Below the pieces are notes generated by a model. It was given only the letters and a program-made list of their open reading frames with translations, was not told where the DNA came from and searched no databases. A DNA stretch of 64,000 nt from a virus: the IMG/VR virus record IMGVR_UViG_3300023202_000137, positions 1 through 64,000 of that record. One strand, written 5' to 3'. Positions 1-8,545 of this stretch are shown here, in pieces (within the stretch, counting starts at the first letter, position 1; each line of letters opens with the position of its first letter). A program made the position numbers and the translations under genes.

Positions 1-803
1 GACTCAACAGCAGAGCGAAACTCACGGGCCATTCCCATCAGCCCCGCGTCTACCTCGTCAACGATGAGCTGGCGGCGTTTTGTGCGGGCGCGCTCCAGGG
101 CGGCGGGGGAATCCCTCAGCACACTGGCCACCGTACCAACCCCAACACCCAGTGCATTCGCGACCCCACGGTAATCGAGTTGCAGGTCCTCCTCATAGGT
201 CTTCACGATGGCCAGCCGCATTTCACGGGTCAGTGGTGAGTGCGGACTTGTTCCGTCGATTCGCTTAGTTACAAGCCCCACGCTCTCGTGCGGTGTGGTT
301 TCTGCAGGGTGTGGCTCGACTATCTCGGGGTCTTCAAGGTGGTGGCTTTGGGTCGCTTGTGGTGGGGCTGGTGGGTCAGTAGGTGGTGTGCTGGGTGGTG
401 TGGTTCCTATCTCGATGGGTGGTGTGTCTGGTGGTTCTGGTCGCGCGGGTTCTGTGAGTAGGTGTGGGTTGGTTGGGTTCGTCTTCGCTTCTTCGTCGGG
501 TCCTCTTTCACTTTGATGGGTCTTCTCTGGGTGGGGTGTCTGCTCTCTCTTCTGGGTTGGGTGAGACTGGGCTGCTATGAGCGCGTCGGTCTCGTTGGGG
601 GTGTGGCGGGGTTGGTCGGTGGTTACTTTGGGTCGGCGGCCCTTGTTGCGGGAGAAGTGGGCTCGGACTTCAGCGGCGCGTCGTTCCAGTTCGCTCATTG
701 GCTTGGGGGTCGTGTCCAGCTTCGGGCGTTTGGGGTTGCGCTTGGTTGCCGTTTGAGCGCTCGTGGGCGTATCGCCCTGGGGGTTTGGTTGGGATGTGCT
801 CAT
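1..803 (-). CDS. Partial ORF (runs off the window): long Pro/Thr-rich disordered N-terminus plus HTH; terminase small subunit candidate
   Basis: Not in the ORF track. Manual translation from ATG 803 is open to base 1. Contains the HTH-like LDYRGVANALGVGVGTVASVL followed by a helical segment. Alternative ATG at 698. Confidence 0.6.
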   Translation of the reverse strand, partial: MSTSQPNPQGDTPTSAQTATKRNPKRPKLDTTPKPMSELERRAAEVRAHFSRNKGRRPKVTTDQPRHTPNETDALIAAQSHPTQKREQTPHPEKTHQSERGPDEEAKTNPTNPHLLTEPARPEPPDTPPIEIGTTPPSTPPTDPPAPPQATQSHHLEDPEIVEPHPAETTPHESVGLVTKRIDGTSPHSPLTREMRLAIVKTYEEDLQLDYRGVANALGVGVGTVASVLRDSPAALERARTKRRQLIVDEVDAGLMGMAREFRSAVE

Positions 804-1056
804 GGGGTAACCCTACCAGCTCGGCGCGGCGGGCGGTATAGCACCAGAAGCATAGGCGCGGTTTGGGGGTGGCGTTGATGCTCTGCATGAAGGGGATGAG
901 TAGGTGTGCGAGTACGAGCCGGTGGCCGTGGGCTGCTAGGTGGGTGAGGGAGTAGAGCCCGCAGAGCGTGCGACCATCGGCAACGAAGTGGGTCCGCCTC
1001 TCGGGATAGGTGGTCGCTTGGGTGGGGGGCACGAGTGGTGGGCCTAGGGTTCTCAT
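670..1056 (-). CDS. Hypothetical protein with H..CG / CxxC motif
   Basis: Restarted at ATG 1056 after AAAGGA SD; THF...LCG...CFWC. Confidence 0.45.
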   Translation of the reverse strand: MRTLGPPLVPPTQATTYPERRTHFVADGRTLCGLYSLTHLAAHGHRLVLAHLLIPFMQSINATPKPRLCFWCYTARRAELVGLPHEHIPTKPPGRYAHERSNGNQAQPQTPEAGHDPQANERTGTTRR

Positions 1057-1117
1057 GGTTTGTAGGGGTCCTTTAATCCTTGAGTGCGTGCGGCTTCTGC
1101 GCCGCCCTCTATTGTAG

Positions 1118-1459
1118 TTAGGTCGGGCCTGGTAGTGTCTCCTGCTGCCCGTGTATCGGGATGCTGCGCTTGCCGGTGCGCCGTTGTCGCTTGTGGTCGC
1201 GTACGCATGCCTCACTGCACCAGGCGCGCTTGGGTGCTTGGACTGGCCCTTGGCAGTGGTGGCACTTCGGTAAACACTCCCCACACGTCGGCTCTCGACG
1301 CGCCACTGCTACCGGGAAGATCACAACCATCCCGCACGCTGTGCTCACCTGACTATTCGGGTCAGGCTGCACTCGCTGAGCTTTCGCTCTGCACCACCCT
1401 TCCCCGCCGTCCGGGCTGCGGTACTTCACACACCACACCATGCTATGCCTCGCGGCCAA
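1118..1459 (-). CDS. Cys-rich zinc-finger hypothetical protein
   Basis: TACG, CGEC, CHHCQG, WCSEAC motifs. Confidence 0.5.
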   Translation of the reverse strand: MAARHSMVWCVKYRSPDGGEGWCRAKAQRVQPDPNSQVSTACGMVVIFPVAVARREPTCGECLPKCHHCQGPVQAPKRAWCSEACVRDHKRQRRTGKRSIPIHGQQETLPGPT

Positions 1460-1592
1460 TGCGCACGAACAACCCGCGCGGCATCATGGCGCGGTCCCGG
1501 ATTCGGAACCACGCAACATCCCACGACACGTACGCACTTACCCTGCCTCGTCTAAAGTACACGCGAACCTCCCTGGTTCTTCTCCGTCATGA

Positions 1593-1979
1593 CTACTCTT
1601 CTCCGGTTGGTGTGTTCATCCCCGTACGCGCTATGCCTGCGCTCGGGATAGGTGTTGGGCTCGCTCTTGCCGCTTGGTCTCTTTGCTCCACATGCTCGCT
1701 TGTGTACCCCTCGCAGTTGCCGCAGTACCCTTCCCGCACATCGTCGGGGTGGTGCGTTGTCAGCCCGCAGCGCGGGCATGTTAGCGACTTCACTACCGGT
1801 CCCATCAGCGCCACCGTTCCCCGTAGCCGTTGCGCAGGTCGTTTGCTCGCATGCGACGGTCTAGCTCCCTTTGCCAGTCCGTTGGATCCCCGCCGTTCGC
1901 CATCGGCGTGTTTGATGCTGAACCCCGCAGCCTCTATCGCTTCGCGGTCCTTCGCTGGGGCTGCAATGTATCCCTTCAT
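1593..1979 (-). CDS. Hypothetical protein with zinc ribbon
   Basis: CPRCG...YCGNC; ATGA overlap with upstream gene. Confidence 0.55.
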   Translation of the reverse strand: MKGYIAAPAKDREAIEAAGFSIKHADGERRGSNGLAKGARPSHASKRPAQRLRGTVALMGPVVKSLTCPRCGLTTHHPDDVREGYCGNCEGYTSEHVEQRDQAARASPTPIPSAGIARTGMNTPTGEE

Positions 1980-2395
1980 CGCCCACCGCTCCGCGTCGGA
2001 AGGTTCTTGAGCGGGTCCGAGAATCCCATACCCTCTACGGCTGAATCTTCGCCGCGCACCTCAACCTTGAGACCTGGGAAGGTTCCCTCCGTCGCTTGCT
2101 TCATGAACTCCCCAGCCATTGCGTAGATCTCTGCAATAGACCCGCACTCGATGAGCCCCGCGAACTTCACGCGCGCATCACGAGGCGCAGCGTACTGGCT
2201 CTGGCAACAGGAGAAGTCAGGGACGCAAATCCCTTCATGATGTTGAGAAAGACCGCCGATCCACTCGGCCAGTTGGTCGCGCGACCAGTTGGGAAGCTCG
2301 ATGCCTACTTGGTCGCGCGACCCATCGCCCGGGGTGGGCTTTGGGTCGTCATTGGGCCACACCGCCATCTCATCACACTCTCGCTCACTCATCAA
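1976..2395 (-). CDS. Hypothetical phage protein
   Basis: Operon packing; CVPDFSCC motif. Confidence 0.6.
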   Translation of the reverse strand: MMSERECDEMAVWPNDDPKPTPGDGSRDQVGIELPNWSRDQLAEWIGGLSQHHEGICVPDFSCCQSQYAAPRDARVKFAGLIECGSIAEIYAMAGEFMKQATEGTFPGLKVEVRGEDSAVEGMGFSDPLKNLPTRSGGR

Positions 2396-2406
2396 GATCT
2401 CTCTTT

Positions 2407-2676
2407 CTACTTGCGCTGGTTCCGTCGCCGCATCGCAGCGTCAGTGAGTTTTGCTGCATAGTCCGCACCTTCATCGGGGGGCATTCCACGGCTCGCTACT
2501 CCTTGGAGGGCGTGCCCAAAGAACACGTCCCATTCGGTCATGCCTCCCCAGCCGTACTCCCATGATACGGTTCTCCCGTTGTTTGGATCGTCAACGATAG
2601 GTTGGGGATACGCTGGCCCGTCCATCCTTCTGCTGGCTGGGTCGTGGACTGTTCCTTTCTCAAGTTCCGTGCTCAT
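2407..2676 (-). CDS. Hypothetical phage protein
   Basis: GPAYP...GMT..D.F..HALQG...Y..AD AM pattern common in small phage proteins. Confidence 0.65.
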   Translation of the reverse strand: MSTELEKGTVHDPASRRMDGPAYPQPIVDDPNNGRTVSWEYGWGGMTEWDVFFGHALQGVASRGMPPDEGADYAAKLTDAAMRRRNQRK

Positions 2677-2852
2677 CGTTGACGGTGATAGCTAGAGCGC
2701 TTGGCAGACACCATGCGCGCTGTCCCTGACGTACCCCTGTAGAAGTTGGATCGCAAACTTGATGCCTCTTCTCTTGTGGTCTCCGCTTTCCTTCCTTCGC
2801 ACTGCATGCACACCCTTGGGCTTCGGCAGTGGTGCGGGCAGTTGTCAGTCAT
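2673..2852 (-). CDS. Small hypothetical protein (59 aa, below ORF-track cutoff)
   Basis: MTDNCPHHCRSPRVCMQC...; GAGG SD; fills the gap and ends with an ATGA overlap. Confidence 0.45.
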   Translation of the reverse strand: MTDNCPHHCRSPRVCMQCEGRKAETTREEASSLRSNFYRGTSGTARMVSAKRSSYHRQR

Positions 2853-3246
2853 AGGATGCCTCTACCTTTGTTGCGCCGCCTTCCTTCAGCAGCTCGGTTG
2901 CGCGTTCTGTCAATCGCCGCTTGTACCCTCTGGTACGCGCCCACCATTCGAGCCGGAAGCTCACTCCAACCTCCGACCCATTGCGGTACAGCTCGATCCA
3001 ACGCACCCCCAAAAACTCCCCAGGGATGTGCCGCACAATAGGCAAAAACAGCCGATGCCGATCTGAATACTCGAAGGGCTTGCACCATTTCGCAGCCTCG
3101 TTCCCTCTTTCATCTAGCCTCGCCTGCTGGATTTCCTGTACCACCTTGCTCGCAGTCTCCGTGCGTGTTGAGCCATTCGTCTTCGCGCTTCTGCGCCTCG
3201 GGGGTAAGTTGCCCTTGGCCTTCCATGTCTCTCTCCTGTAGCTCAA
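2845..3246 (-). CDS. Hypothetical protein
   Basis: Overlaps neighbours at both ends in the minus-strand operon. Confidence 0.55.
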   Translation of the reverse strand: MSYRRETWKAKGNLPPRRRSAKTNGSTRTETASKVVQEIQQARLDERGNEAAKWCKPFEYSDRHRLFLPIVRHIPGEFLGVRWIELYRNGSEVGVSFRLEWWARTRGYKRRLTERATELLKEGGATKVEASYD

Positions 3247-3638
3247 TCATCGAGCCTGATGCGGACCCGTTGCGTGCTACCGTCCCCGCATGGGACAAAG
3301 AACGCGGGGGTCACACCGTAGGCCAGACCAAACCACGCACGCGACCAATCTGCCCCGCCGTGGTCCTGTAGTTCACTCTCTGTTTCTGTGCCCTCTACCA
3401 GCTTGGGTCCGGCCTGTAGCTGTTCTGGATGTGGCTTCATTTGTAAGCGTCCCCACAAATTCGTTACAGATCTCTCCCATCCACGGACCCAAAAAAAACT
3501 GATTCCCATTGGGGTATTGGGGTCCCATCGTTCGAGCGCCCTTGCATAACGCTCGTTGCATCGGTGCAGCTTATCCACCGACCGTCCCCGCCGATGCTGT
3601 CGAATGCTCATAGACATTGATGCAGTCAGAGCAATCAA
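3243..3638 (-). CDS. Hypothetical protein (start uncertain)
   Basis: Stop overlaps the next ATG; several possible starts. Confidence 0.35.
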   Translation of the reverse strand: MIALTASMSMSIRQHRRGRSVDKLHRCNERYARALERWDPNTPMGISFFWVRGWERSVTNLWGRLQMKPHPEQLQAGPKLVEGTETESELQDHGGADWSRAWFGLAYGVTPAFFVPCGDGSTQRVRIRLDD

Positions 3639-4167
3639 CTTCCTTGATGTCAGACTTTGCAGTCACCGACACCCATGCAATCCCCTCGGGCCACTCAACT
3701 GGACTCTTGCCAGGGTACGCGCCGCACATCGCGACACCCGCTCGCAAGATGTGGACTTGCGGCTCCGGTTCCTCACCGTACGCTATCCGACGAGCGAGAT
3801 CATCATACGCCCCGTCGTAGCGATAGTTCTCACTCCAGATGTGATCGACGTAGTGCGCGAATGTGTCCGGGTTCATGTCGAGAAAGAACTTGGCCGCAAC
3901 CTCGATTGCGAGGTCTGGGTCTAGCCGGGTCTCTGGGCAGTCACGCCACGCATCCTGCAGAGCATCCCAAACGCGGGTATGGATCTTGTGCTCGTGCATC
4001 AGTCGCTTGTAGCACGACTCGGAGGTCTCTCCGTTCTCTGGTGCGAACTCCCAGATACGCTCCCCCTCCGCTTGCACGTAGTACCACTGCACCCCCTCGC
4101 GTACCTCACCCTCTGCCATAGTGAACCGCTCACGGTTACCAACCCCATGCAATCTGTTGACCTTCAT
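3571..4167 (-). CDS. Hypothetical protein with C-terminal H..CG..CxxC
   Basis: Restarted at ATG 4167 (ATGA overlap). Confidence 0.6.
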   Translation of the reverse strand: MKVNRLHGVGNRERFTMAEGEVREGVQWYYVQAEGERIWEFAPENGETSESCYKRLMHEHKIHTRVWDALQDAWRDCPETRLDPDLAIEVAAKFFLDMNPDTFAHYVDHIWSENYRYDGAYDDLARRIAYGEEPEPQVHILRAGVAMCGAYPGKSPVEWPEGIAWVSVTAKSDIKEVDCSDCINVYEHSTASAGTVGG

Positions 4168-4394
4168 TTGACCACTACCTGTACCTCTCCCGTTGCGAGT
4201 CCACACTCGCGCAGTTTATCTTTGCTGATCTCAATTACGGTTAGACATTCATCGGGGACACTCACCACACTGGCTGGGATGTTCGCAGTACCCCGACGCA
4301 ATCGACCAGGGGAGATACTGTCGAGCAACTGCGACACCGCTTCTTGCTGCTCCAGACGCGCGCTCCGCGCAATCTCTAATCGCGTCGTGTTCAT
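4164..4394 (-). CDS. Hypothetical protein
   Basis: Restarted at ATG 4394 (ATGA overlap). Confidence 0.5.
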   Translation of the reverse strand: MNTTRLEIARSARLEQQEAVSQLLDSISPGRLRRGTANIPASVVSVPDECLTVIEISKDKLRECGLATGEVQVVVK

Positions 4395-4666
4395 CGTAGC
4401 TTCTTTGTTAGCTCCGGTGGGAGCAACGGTAGTTCTTGCTGTACGCTCTGCCTCGGGTGCACAAAGCAGTAATGTGTATTCGGCCCCAGCTCGTGCGCGC
4501 ACCCTCTGCAGAGGGCGGCATCGCAGGTCTTGTTTTTAGACTTTGGGAAGTCACAAAGAAACCCTGAGTCCTCCCCGCAGAACTTGCACCCATCCGCGAC
4601 TCGCCGCTTCCCCCTATGGCAGACAAACCCAATACCCCCAGCAATCCTGACGCGCTCGCATGTCAC
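4391..4666 (-). CDS. Cys-rich zinc-finger protein
   Basis: CKFC..LCD..TCD..LC..CA..YC..H. Confidence 0.65.
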   Translation of the reverse strand: MTCERVRIAGGIGFVCHRGKRRVADGCKFCGEDSGFLCDFPKSKNKTCDAALCRGCAHELGPNTHYCFVHPRQSVQQELPLLPPELTKKLR

Positions 4667-5250
4667 GCCGCCGACTCCACCCCGTACTGCTCCTGCAGAT
4701 ACACGCGGTCGGGCAACGTCACGCCGTACGCACCTTCAACTGCTGTTTCATACATCACTGAATCTTTGCCCTTGTCGTGGGCGAGTCCCGCGACGTGCCC
4801 AAGCTCATGTGCCAAGGCACGCTCGATGATTGCGCCGGACAACGTCGCAGCCATTCCCAGGTCGATGTAGACCGCAGCATCTACCATGCGCCCTTTGTCC
4901 ATCGTGATCCGTGTGTACGCCAAAGCGTGACACTTTCGGATCGACCCCCACCCATCCAGCCTCGATGCAGGCAGCACGGGAATGATCTTGCCAGTGCGCT
5001 CAACCTCTTCGGTGAACAACCCGGGAGTTGCTCGTTCCCAAAACTGCACCGCGTTGTGGATGTGCGGTCGAAGGTTGCCCGCTTCCTCATCGAGCATCAC
5101 AAGAAAAGGAATCGCCTTGGTTCCCCAAACTGTGATCTTGGTCAACGATGTCTTTTCGTCCTCTGGCCTCTTCACCACCACAACCGCAATAACCGTCGCA
5201 AGGATTCCCAACGACGCAACAATGACCGCAGTCCATTCAATGGCATTCAT
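4663..5250 (-). CDS. Membrane-anchored matrixin-like (M10 metzincin) metalloprotease
   Basis: N-terminal TM helix; HELGHVAGLAH zinc motif; SVM Met-turn. Confidence 0.85.
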   Translation of the reverse strand: MNAIEWTAVIVASLGILATVIAVVVVKRPEDEKTSLTKITVWGTKAIPFLVMLDEEAGNLRPHIHNAVQFWERATPGLFTEEVERTGKIIPVLPASRLDGWGSIRKCHALAYTRITMDKGRMVDAAVYIDLGMAATLSGAIIERALAHELGHVAGLAHDKGKDSVMYETAVEGAYGVTLPDRVYLQEQYGVESAA

Positions 5251-5557
5251 CGATCTTTCCCTCTTGCATGTACTGGTCGAAACGGTCCTGCGTTACGCCA
5301 CCGTTCTCGGCTACGCACCTACAGATGATTGGAACTCGAAGGGGCTCGGACTCTTCAGTGGGTACGACGCGATTGCCCAGCTTCCCCGTGCCGTGGCACC
5401 GCTTGCATTTAGGATCTGCCTTGCTGAGATCTACCTGGCTTGCGAGGCGCACACGCTGAGGGGCAACGTCCACTGCAAACTCTTGGTTCTCGCCGCGCTC
5501 TTTCGCTTCCTGCGCTTGCCGGAACAACTCCAGGGCTACCTTGGAATTACGATCCAT
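5237..5557 (-). CDS. Hypothetical protein with DnaJ-type CxxCxGxG
   Basis: CKRCHGTG...ICRC. Confidence 0.6.
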   Translation of the reverse strand: MDRNSKVALELFRQAQEAKERGENQEFAVDVAPQRVRLASQVDLSKADPKCKRCHGTGKLGNRVVPTEESEPLRVPIICRCVAENGGVTQDRFDQYMQEGKIDECH

Positions 5558-5753
5558 CTTTATGCCCCCTGCATCGCTGGCGCTTCACTGTCCCCGACCA
5601 TCGCCCCAGCCGACATTCAAGACACTCCCTCGCATCGCTGCCTGGTGGGCAGGCAAACTTTTTCCCGCACGTGCACTCTCGAATCTCGGCAGCGTCCATA
5701 TTCCCTCCGGCCATATGCACCCCACCGCGCAGTCTACTTGGTCGCGCGACCAC
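5547..5753 (-). CDS. Small zinc-ribbon protein
   Basis: CTCG...CLEC. Confidence 0.4.
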   Translation of the reverse strand: MVARPSRLRGGVHMAGGNMDAAEIRECTCGKKFACPPGSDARECLECRLGRWSGTVKRQRCRGHKDGS

Positions 5754-5811
5754 GCAAGGGGAGCCAACCCAACCGCCTCGTTGCGAGGCGACCGGCCAGC
5801 TTTACCATGCC

Positions 5812-6090
5812 CTACCCTCCCCGTCTACCCTGCGTTATGTTGCATACGTGGGAGTCAACAACACCCACGACGCCCCCTTCTGCAACTTTGATGATCTCGG
5901 TACCGCACCCAGGGCATTTCACGGAAGTTGTGTTGCGAGCATCTAAACTCTTTGCCCACTCATTGAGCTTGTCCGTGCAGTCAACTGCGTCGTCGGCAGG
6001 GTCGGTGCTGACGATCTCTAAGATCGTTCGGTTGCGCGGCTCAACTTTCGATGGCTTGGCTATACCGTACGCCTCACGCAGATGACCCAT
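5812..6090 (-). CDS. Hypothetical protein, CxxC...HxC
   Basis: Restarted at ATG 6090 after GGAG SD. Confidence 0.5.
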   Translation of the reverse strand: MGHLREAYGIAKPSKVEPRNRTILEIVSTDPADDAVDCTDKLNEWAKSLDARNTTSVKCPGCGTEIIKVAEGGVVGVVDSHVCNITQGRRGG

Positions 6091-6532
6091 TGTTATCTCC
6101 CGCTGCATCCATCCAAACCTGAAACAGAAACACACAGAACTTATCGCGCACTTCGTCATCGACTTGCGTACGACGCCCAACACGCTGGAACGCTTCGGCC
6201 AGGTGCGACGCAATCACGTTGCGCACAGCGTTCTGCACTGGCTCGCTCACCCCTCTTCCGTCGAACTTGCGTAGCTTCTTTGAGAGCGCATCGAGATCAA
6301 CGGGCACGTCCAGCTCAATCGACGGTGGCACGTACGGTTTCCCCTTCGGGCACACGTGGTTCTCTGCGGACAACGGCATTTCGTGGTTTCGATCCATAAC
6401 TCCAATCACCTCGTTGCATGCGGGGCATTTGATCTGTCGCTCCCGACGCGCCTTTTCAATCTGATTTCGCTCATACTCTTCACGACGGCCCCTTGTTCTG
6501 TCTGCTGATGGTACCTTCCAACGCGGACTCAT
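6074..6532 (-). CDS. Hypothetical protein, CxxC...HxC
   Basis: Restarted at ATG 6532 (ATGA overlap). Confidence 0.55.
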   Translation of the reverse strand: MSPRWKVPSADRTRGRREEYERNQIEKARRERQIKCPACNEVIGVMDRNHEMPLSAENHVCPKGKPYVPPSIELDVPVDLDALSKKLRKFDGRGVSEPVQNAVRNVIASHLAEAFQRVGRRTQVDDEVRDKFCVFLFQVWMDAAGDNNGSSA

Positions 6533-6759
6533 AGCTGCACCGCGCTGCGCTCGAAGCAAACTCGCGTCCCATCCTCCAAGGTTTCCCACGAGTGATCACC
6601 CTGGCATTCGCTGGGTATGTTCTCGGGGTCCATGGTAAATATCTCTCCCGCAGGAATGATGCCCGGCATCAGGTCGCGCACTTCCCTTACCTCGGCTCGT
6701 TCCTCTGTACTCAGCGGTCGCAGCTCCAGTCCAGGCACCATCGGAATTACTTTACCCAT
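6529..6759 (-). CDS. Hypothetical protein
   Basis: GAGGGGAG SD; operon overlap. Confidence 0.55.
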   Translation of the reverse strand: MGKVIPMVPGLELRPLSTEERAEVREVRDLMPGIIPAGEIFTMDPENIPSECQGDHSWETLEDGTRVCFERSAVQL

Positions 6760-6970
6760 TGCTCTCCCCTCTCACGTCACGCAAGCATGCGTTCTCGTAT
6801 CGGTGGCACACGTACTTGACCCGCTCCTCGTCGCCGTTCTCTATCGCTTCTTTGATCAAGTCGTTGAACTTGCGGAATCGCTCGGAGTCAAACTTCGTAC
6901 CGGCAACCCAGAACGCGTTGATGCGCTCCAGGCTCGCGCGGATGATCTTGTCCATGGCTCGCGTGCTCAT
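6752..6970 (-). CDS. Hypothetical helical protein
   Basis: Operon overlap. Confidence 0.55.
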   Translation of the reverse strand: MSTRAMDKIIRASLERINAFWVAGTKFDSERFRKFNDLIKEAIENGDEERVKYVCHRYENACLRDVRGESNG

Positions 6971-7317
6971 GCCGTTATCTTCTTGCGCTTACCGATACTC
7001 ATAGTTCCGGGAACGAAGTAGACACCCCCGCCCGTAATATCGTACCCCTCTCCCTTCTTCTCCACCAACAACACTGCGTTGCCGCAACGACCGCATGTCG
7101 TCTGGATTCTATCCTTCACCAATGGCTGCCCACCCCGCGTACGCAGCTTCCCCTCTGGATCTCGGTACCGGTACTTGTCCCCGATGTCTGGATCGACCTC
7201 CAGAACCTTGAACGTGTTGAGAAACTGCGTGGCGTCCGCTTTCTTTCCTACCTCAAACTCCACCGTGCCAATTACCTTGCGCTCACCTGCACAGTACACT
7301 CCGAACGTTTCTCTCAT
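6967..7317 (-). CDS. Hypothetical protein
   Basis: Restarted at ATG 7317 after TGAGGG SD. Confidence 0.6.
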   Translation of the reverse strand: MRETFGVYCAGERKVIGTVEFEVGKKADATQFLNTFKVLEVDPDIGDKYRYRDPEGKLRTRGGQPLVKDRIQTTCGRCGNAVLLVEKKGEGYDITGGGVYFVPGTMSIGKRKKITA

Positions 7318-7328
7318 CTGTACCCTCA

Positions 7329-7386
7329 CGACCACCGAGAAAATTGAGGGGGCGGGACTGTTGGTGGTCTTCGTTCCCGCCCCCTC
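7329..7386 (-). promoter_or_regulatory. Stem-loop / H-type pseudoknot between rusA and the next gene
   Basis: Perfect 12-bp stem GAGGGGGCGGGA/TCCCGCCCCCTC; loop GACCACC complementary to downstream GGTGGTC. Confidence 0.55.
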
Positions 7387-7389
7387 GAC

Positions 7390-7779
7390 TCACCACCCTT
7401 CGGGGATGGTTTTACTCAAGGGCTTTCGCCCATCCACTATCACAACCTCGACTCGCGGATTGCTTTTGTCGTACACCGGAGGGCAAAAGGCACCACCCGT
7501 GTACTTGTCTCCACCAGGCTGCCCGTAGAACAGCGCGTCAGCAATGGCCTTGCGGACGTTCTCGGGATCTGGGTGCCTCCCATCCGCAAAAAAAGCCCTG
7601 GTGTAAATACTGACCGGCCTTTCCCGAGTCACTGGCCCGTGCCGGTATCCTGCAACCATCGCTGCAGCTCGCACTCCATCACAATAGAGGGAGTACCTGC
7701 GCTTCGTTGACCACTTGCTTTTGTCGTATTGCGCAAGGAACGCAACCGGTGGTCCCGGTATCGTGAACTGTATTCTCAC
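7390..7779 (-). CDS. rusA: RusA-family Holliday junction resolvase
   Basis: FTIPGPP start, PDPENVRKAIADAL, GDK, NPRVEV. Confidence 0.8.
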   Translation of the reverse strand: MRIQFTIPGPPVAFLAQYDKSKWSTKRRYSLYCDGVRAAAMVAGYRHGPVTRERPVSIYTRAFFADGRHPDPENVRKAIADALFYGQPGGDKYTGGAFCPPVYDKSNPRVEVVIVDGRKPLSKTIPEGW

Positions 7780-8165
7780 TCAACCAACCTAAACCGTACC
7801 GCAAAGCACTCACGCTGCAACGGTAGCTCTCCGTAGATATCCATCAGCCCACGCCAAAGTTCATCGTGCGTACTCATTCCCTCGGCCTTCGCATCCTCAT
7901 CTGTGAAGTCGCAAACCTTCTGCGCTCGCACGTCCAATATCTCAATGTCTGCGATCTTCTCAGCCTCCAACTCTCCAACTCCCTTGCACTCGTAACAGCA
8001 CTCGTCGAGCAACACCTGTTCCCCGTGGCAAACCGGGCACTGGCCTTTGATTGTAACCGCTTCCTCGATCATGCCCGCTGCAACCTTGGGCACGTCCCAG
8101 AAGCGCCGAGTCTCTGTCTTTCGTCCCTGCAGAATCATTCGCTTGTGCCTTGGTAGAAACTTCAC
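7776..8165 (-). CDS. ASCH-domain protein with inserted zinc finger
   Basis: ILQGRKTETRR...DFTDEDAKAEG...VRF; CPVC..CYEC insertion; GTG start 8165. Confidence 0.8.
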   Translation of the reverse strand: MKFLPRHKRMILQGRKTETRRFWDVPKVAAGMIEEAVTIKGQCPVCHGEQVLLDECCYECKGVGELEAEKIADIEILDVRAQKVCDFTDEDAKAEGMSTHDELWRGLMDIYGELPLQRECFAVRFRLVE

Positions 8166-8545
8166 CGTTGCTCCACGATCCGAAGATATCGGATGAGTGT
8201 GTTCACCATGTGGTGTTTCCAATCGAACTCTGGGAGCTTCCCGGTCTGGCGTAGGTCATGGCAGCGGCGGCACAAAGGGATTGTTCGATAGTCATCCGTT
8301 TTCTGCGACAGTCCACGCGGACCGATGTGATCAGGATCTACGCGGGGCTCGGCTCCGCACCGGCAACAATTTTGTTGGCGTACGAACTCCAAATAGTGCG
8401 GCGCTTTCGCTGCCCCCTCGGGTTTGGACCAGAACAATCGTGGACGTTCCCGGTGCGACTTCGCGAGCCAGTAACCGATCATCGCCTCCATTGCATCGGT
8501 CCCATACTCTCCGCTTAGATCTTCCAGCAATTCTTGTGGTGTCAT
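8162..8545 (-). CDS. DUF968-like / HNH-like protein
   Basis: YLEFVRQQNCCRCG..DPDH..K.DD..IPLCRRCH. Confidence 0.75.
   Translation of the reverse strand: MTPQELLEDLSGEYGTDAMEAMIGYWLAKSHRERPRLFWSKPEGAAKAPHYLEFVRQQNCCRCGAEPRVDPDHIGPRGLSQKTDDYRTIPLCRRCHDLRQTGKLPEFDWKHHMVNTLIRYLRIVEQR

Noticed and set aside
1084-6085. Long plus-strand ORFs (e.g. 1084..2010, 4982..6085) and similar ones throughout
   Set aside because: Antisense shadows of tightly packed minus-strand genes in GC-rich DNA, with no motifs.
7346-7392. SECIS / selenocysteine at the rusA UGA
   Set aside because: UGA is at the natural RusA C-terminus, not a Cys-equivalent position, and the hairpin does not look like a bacterial SECIS.
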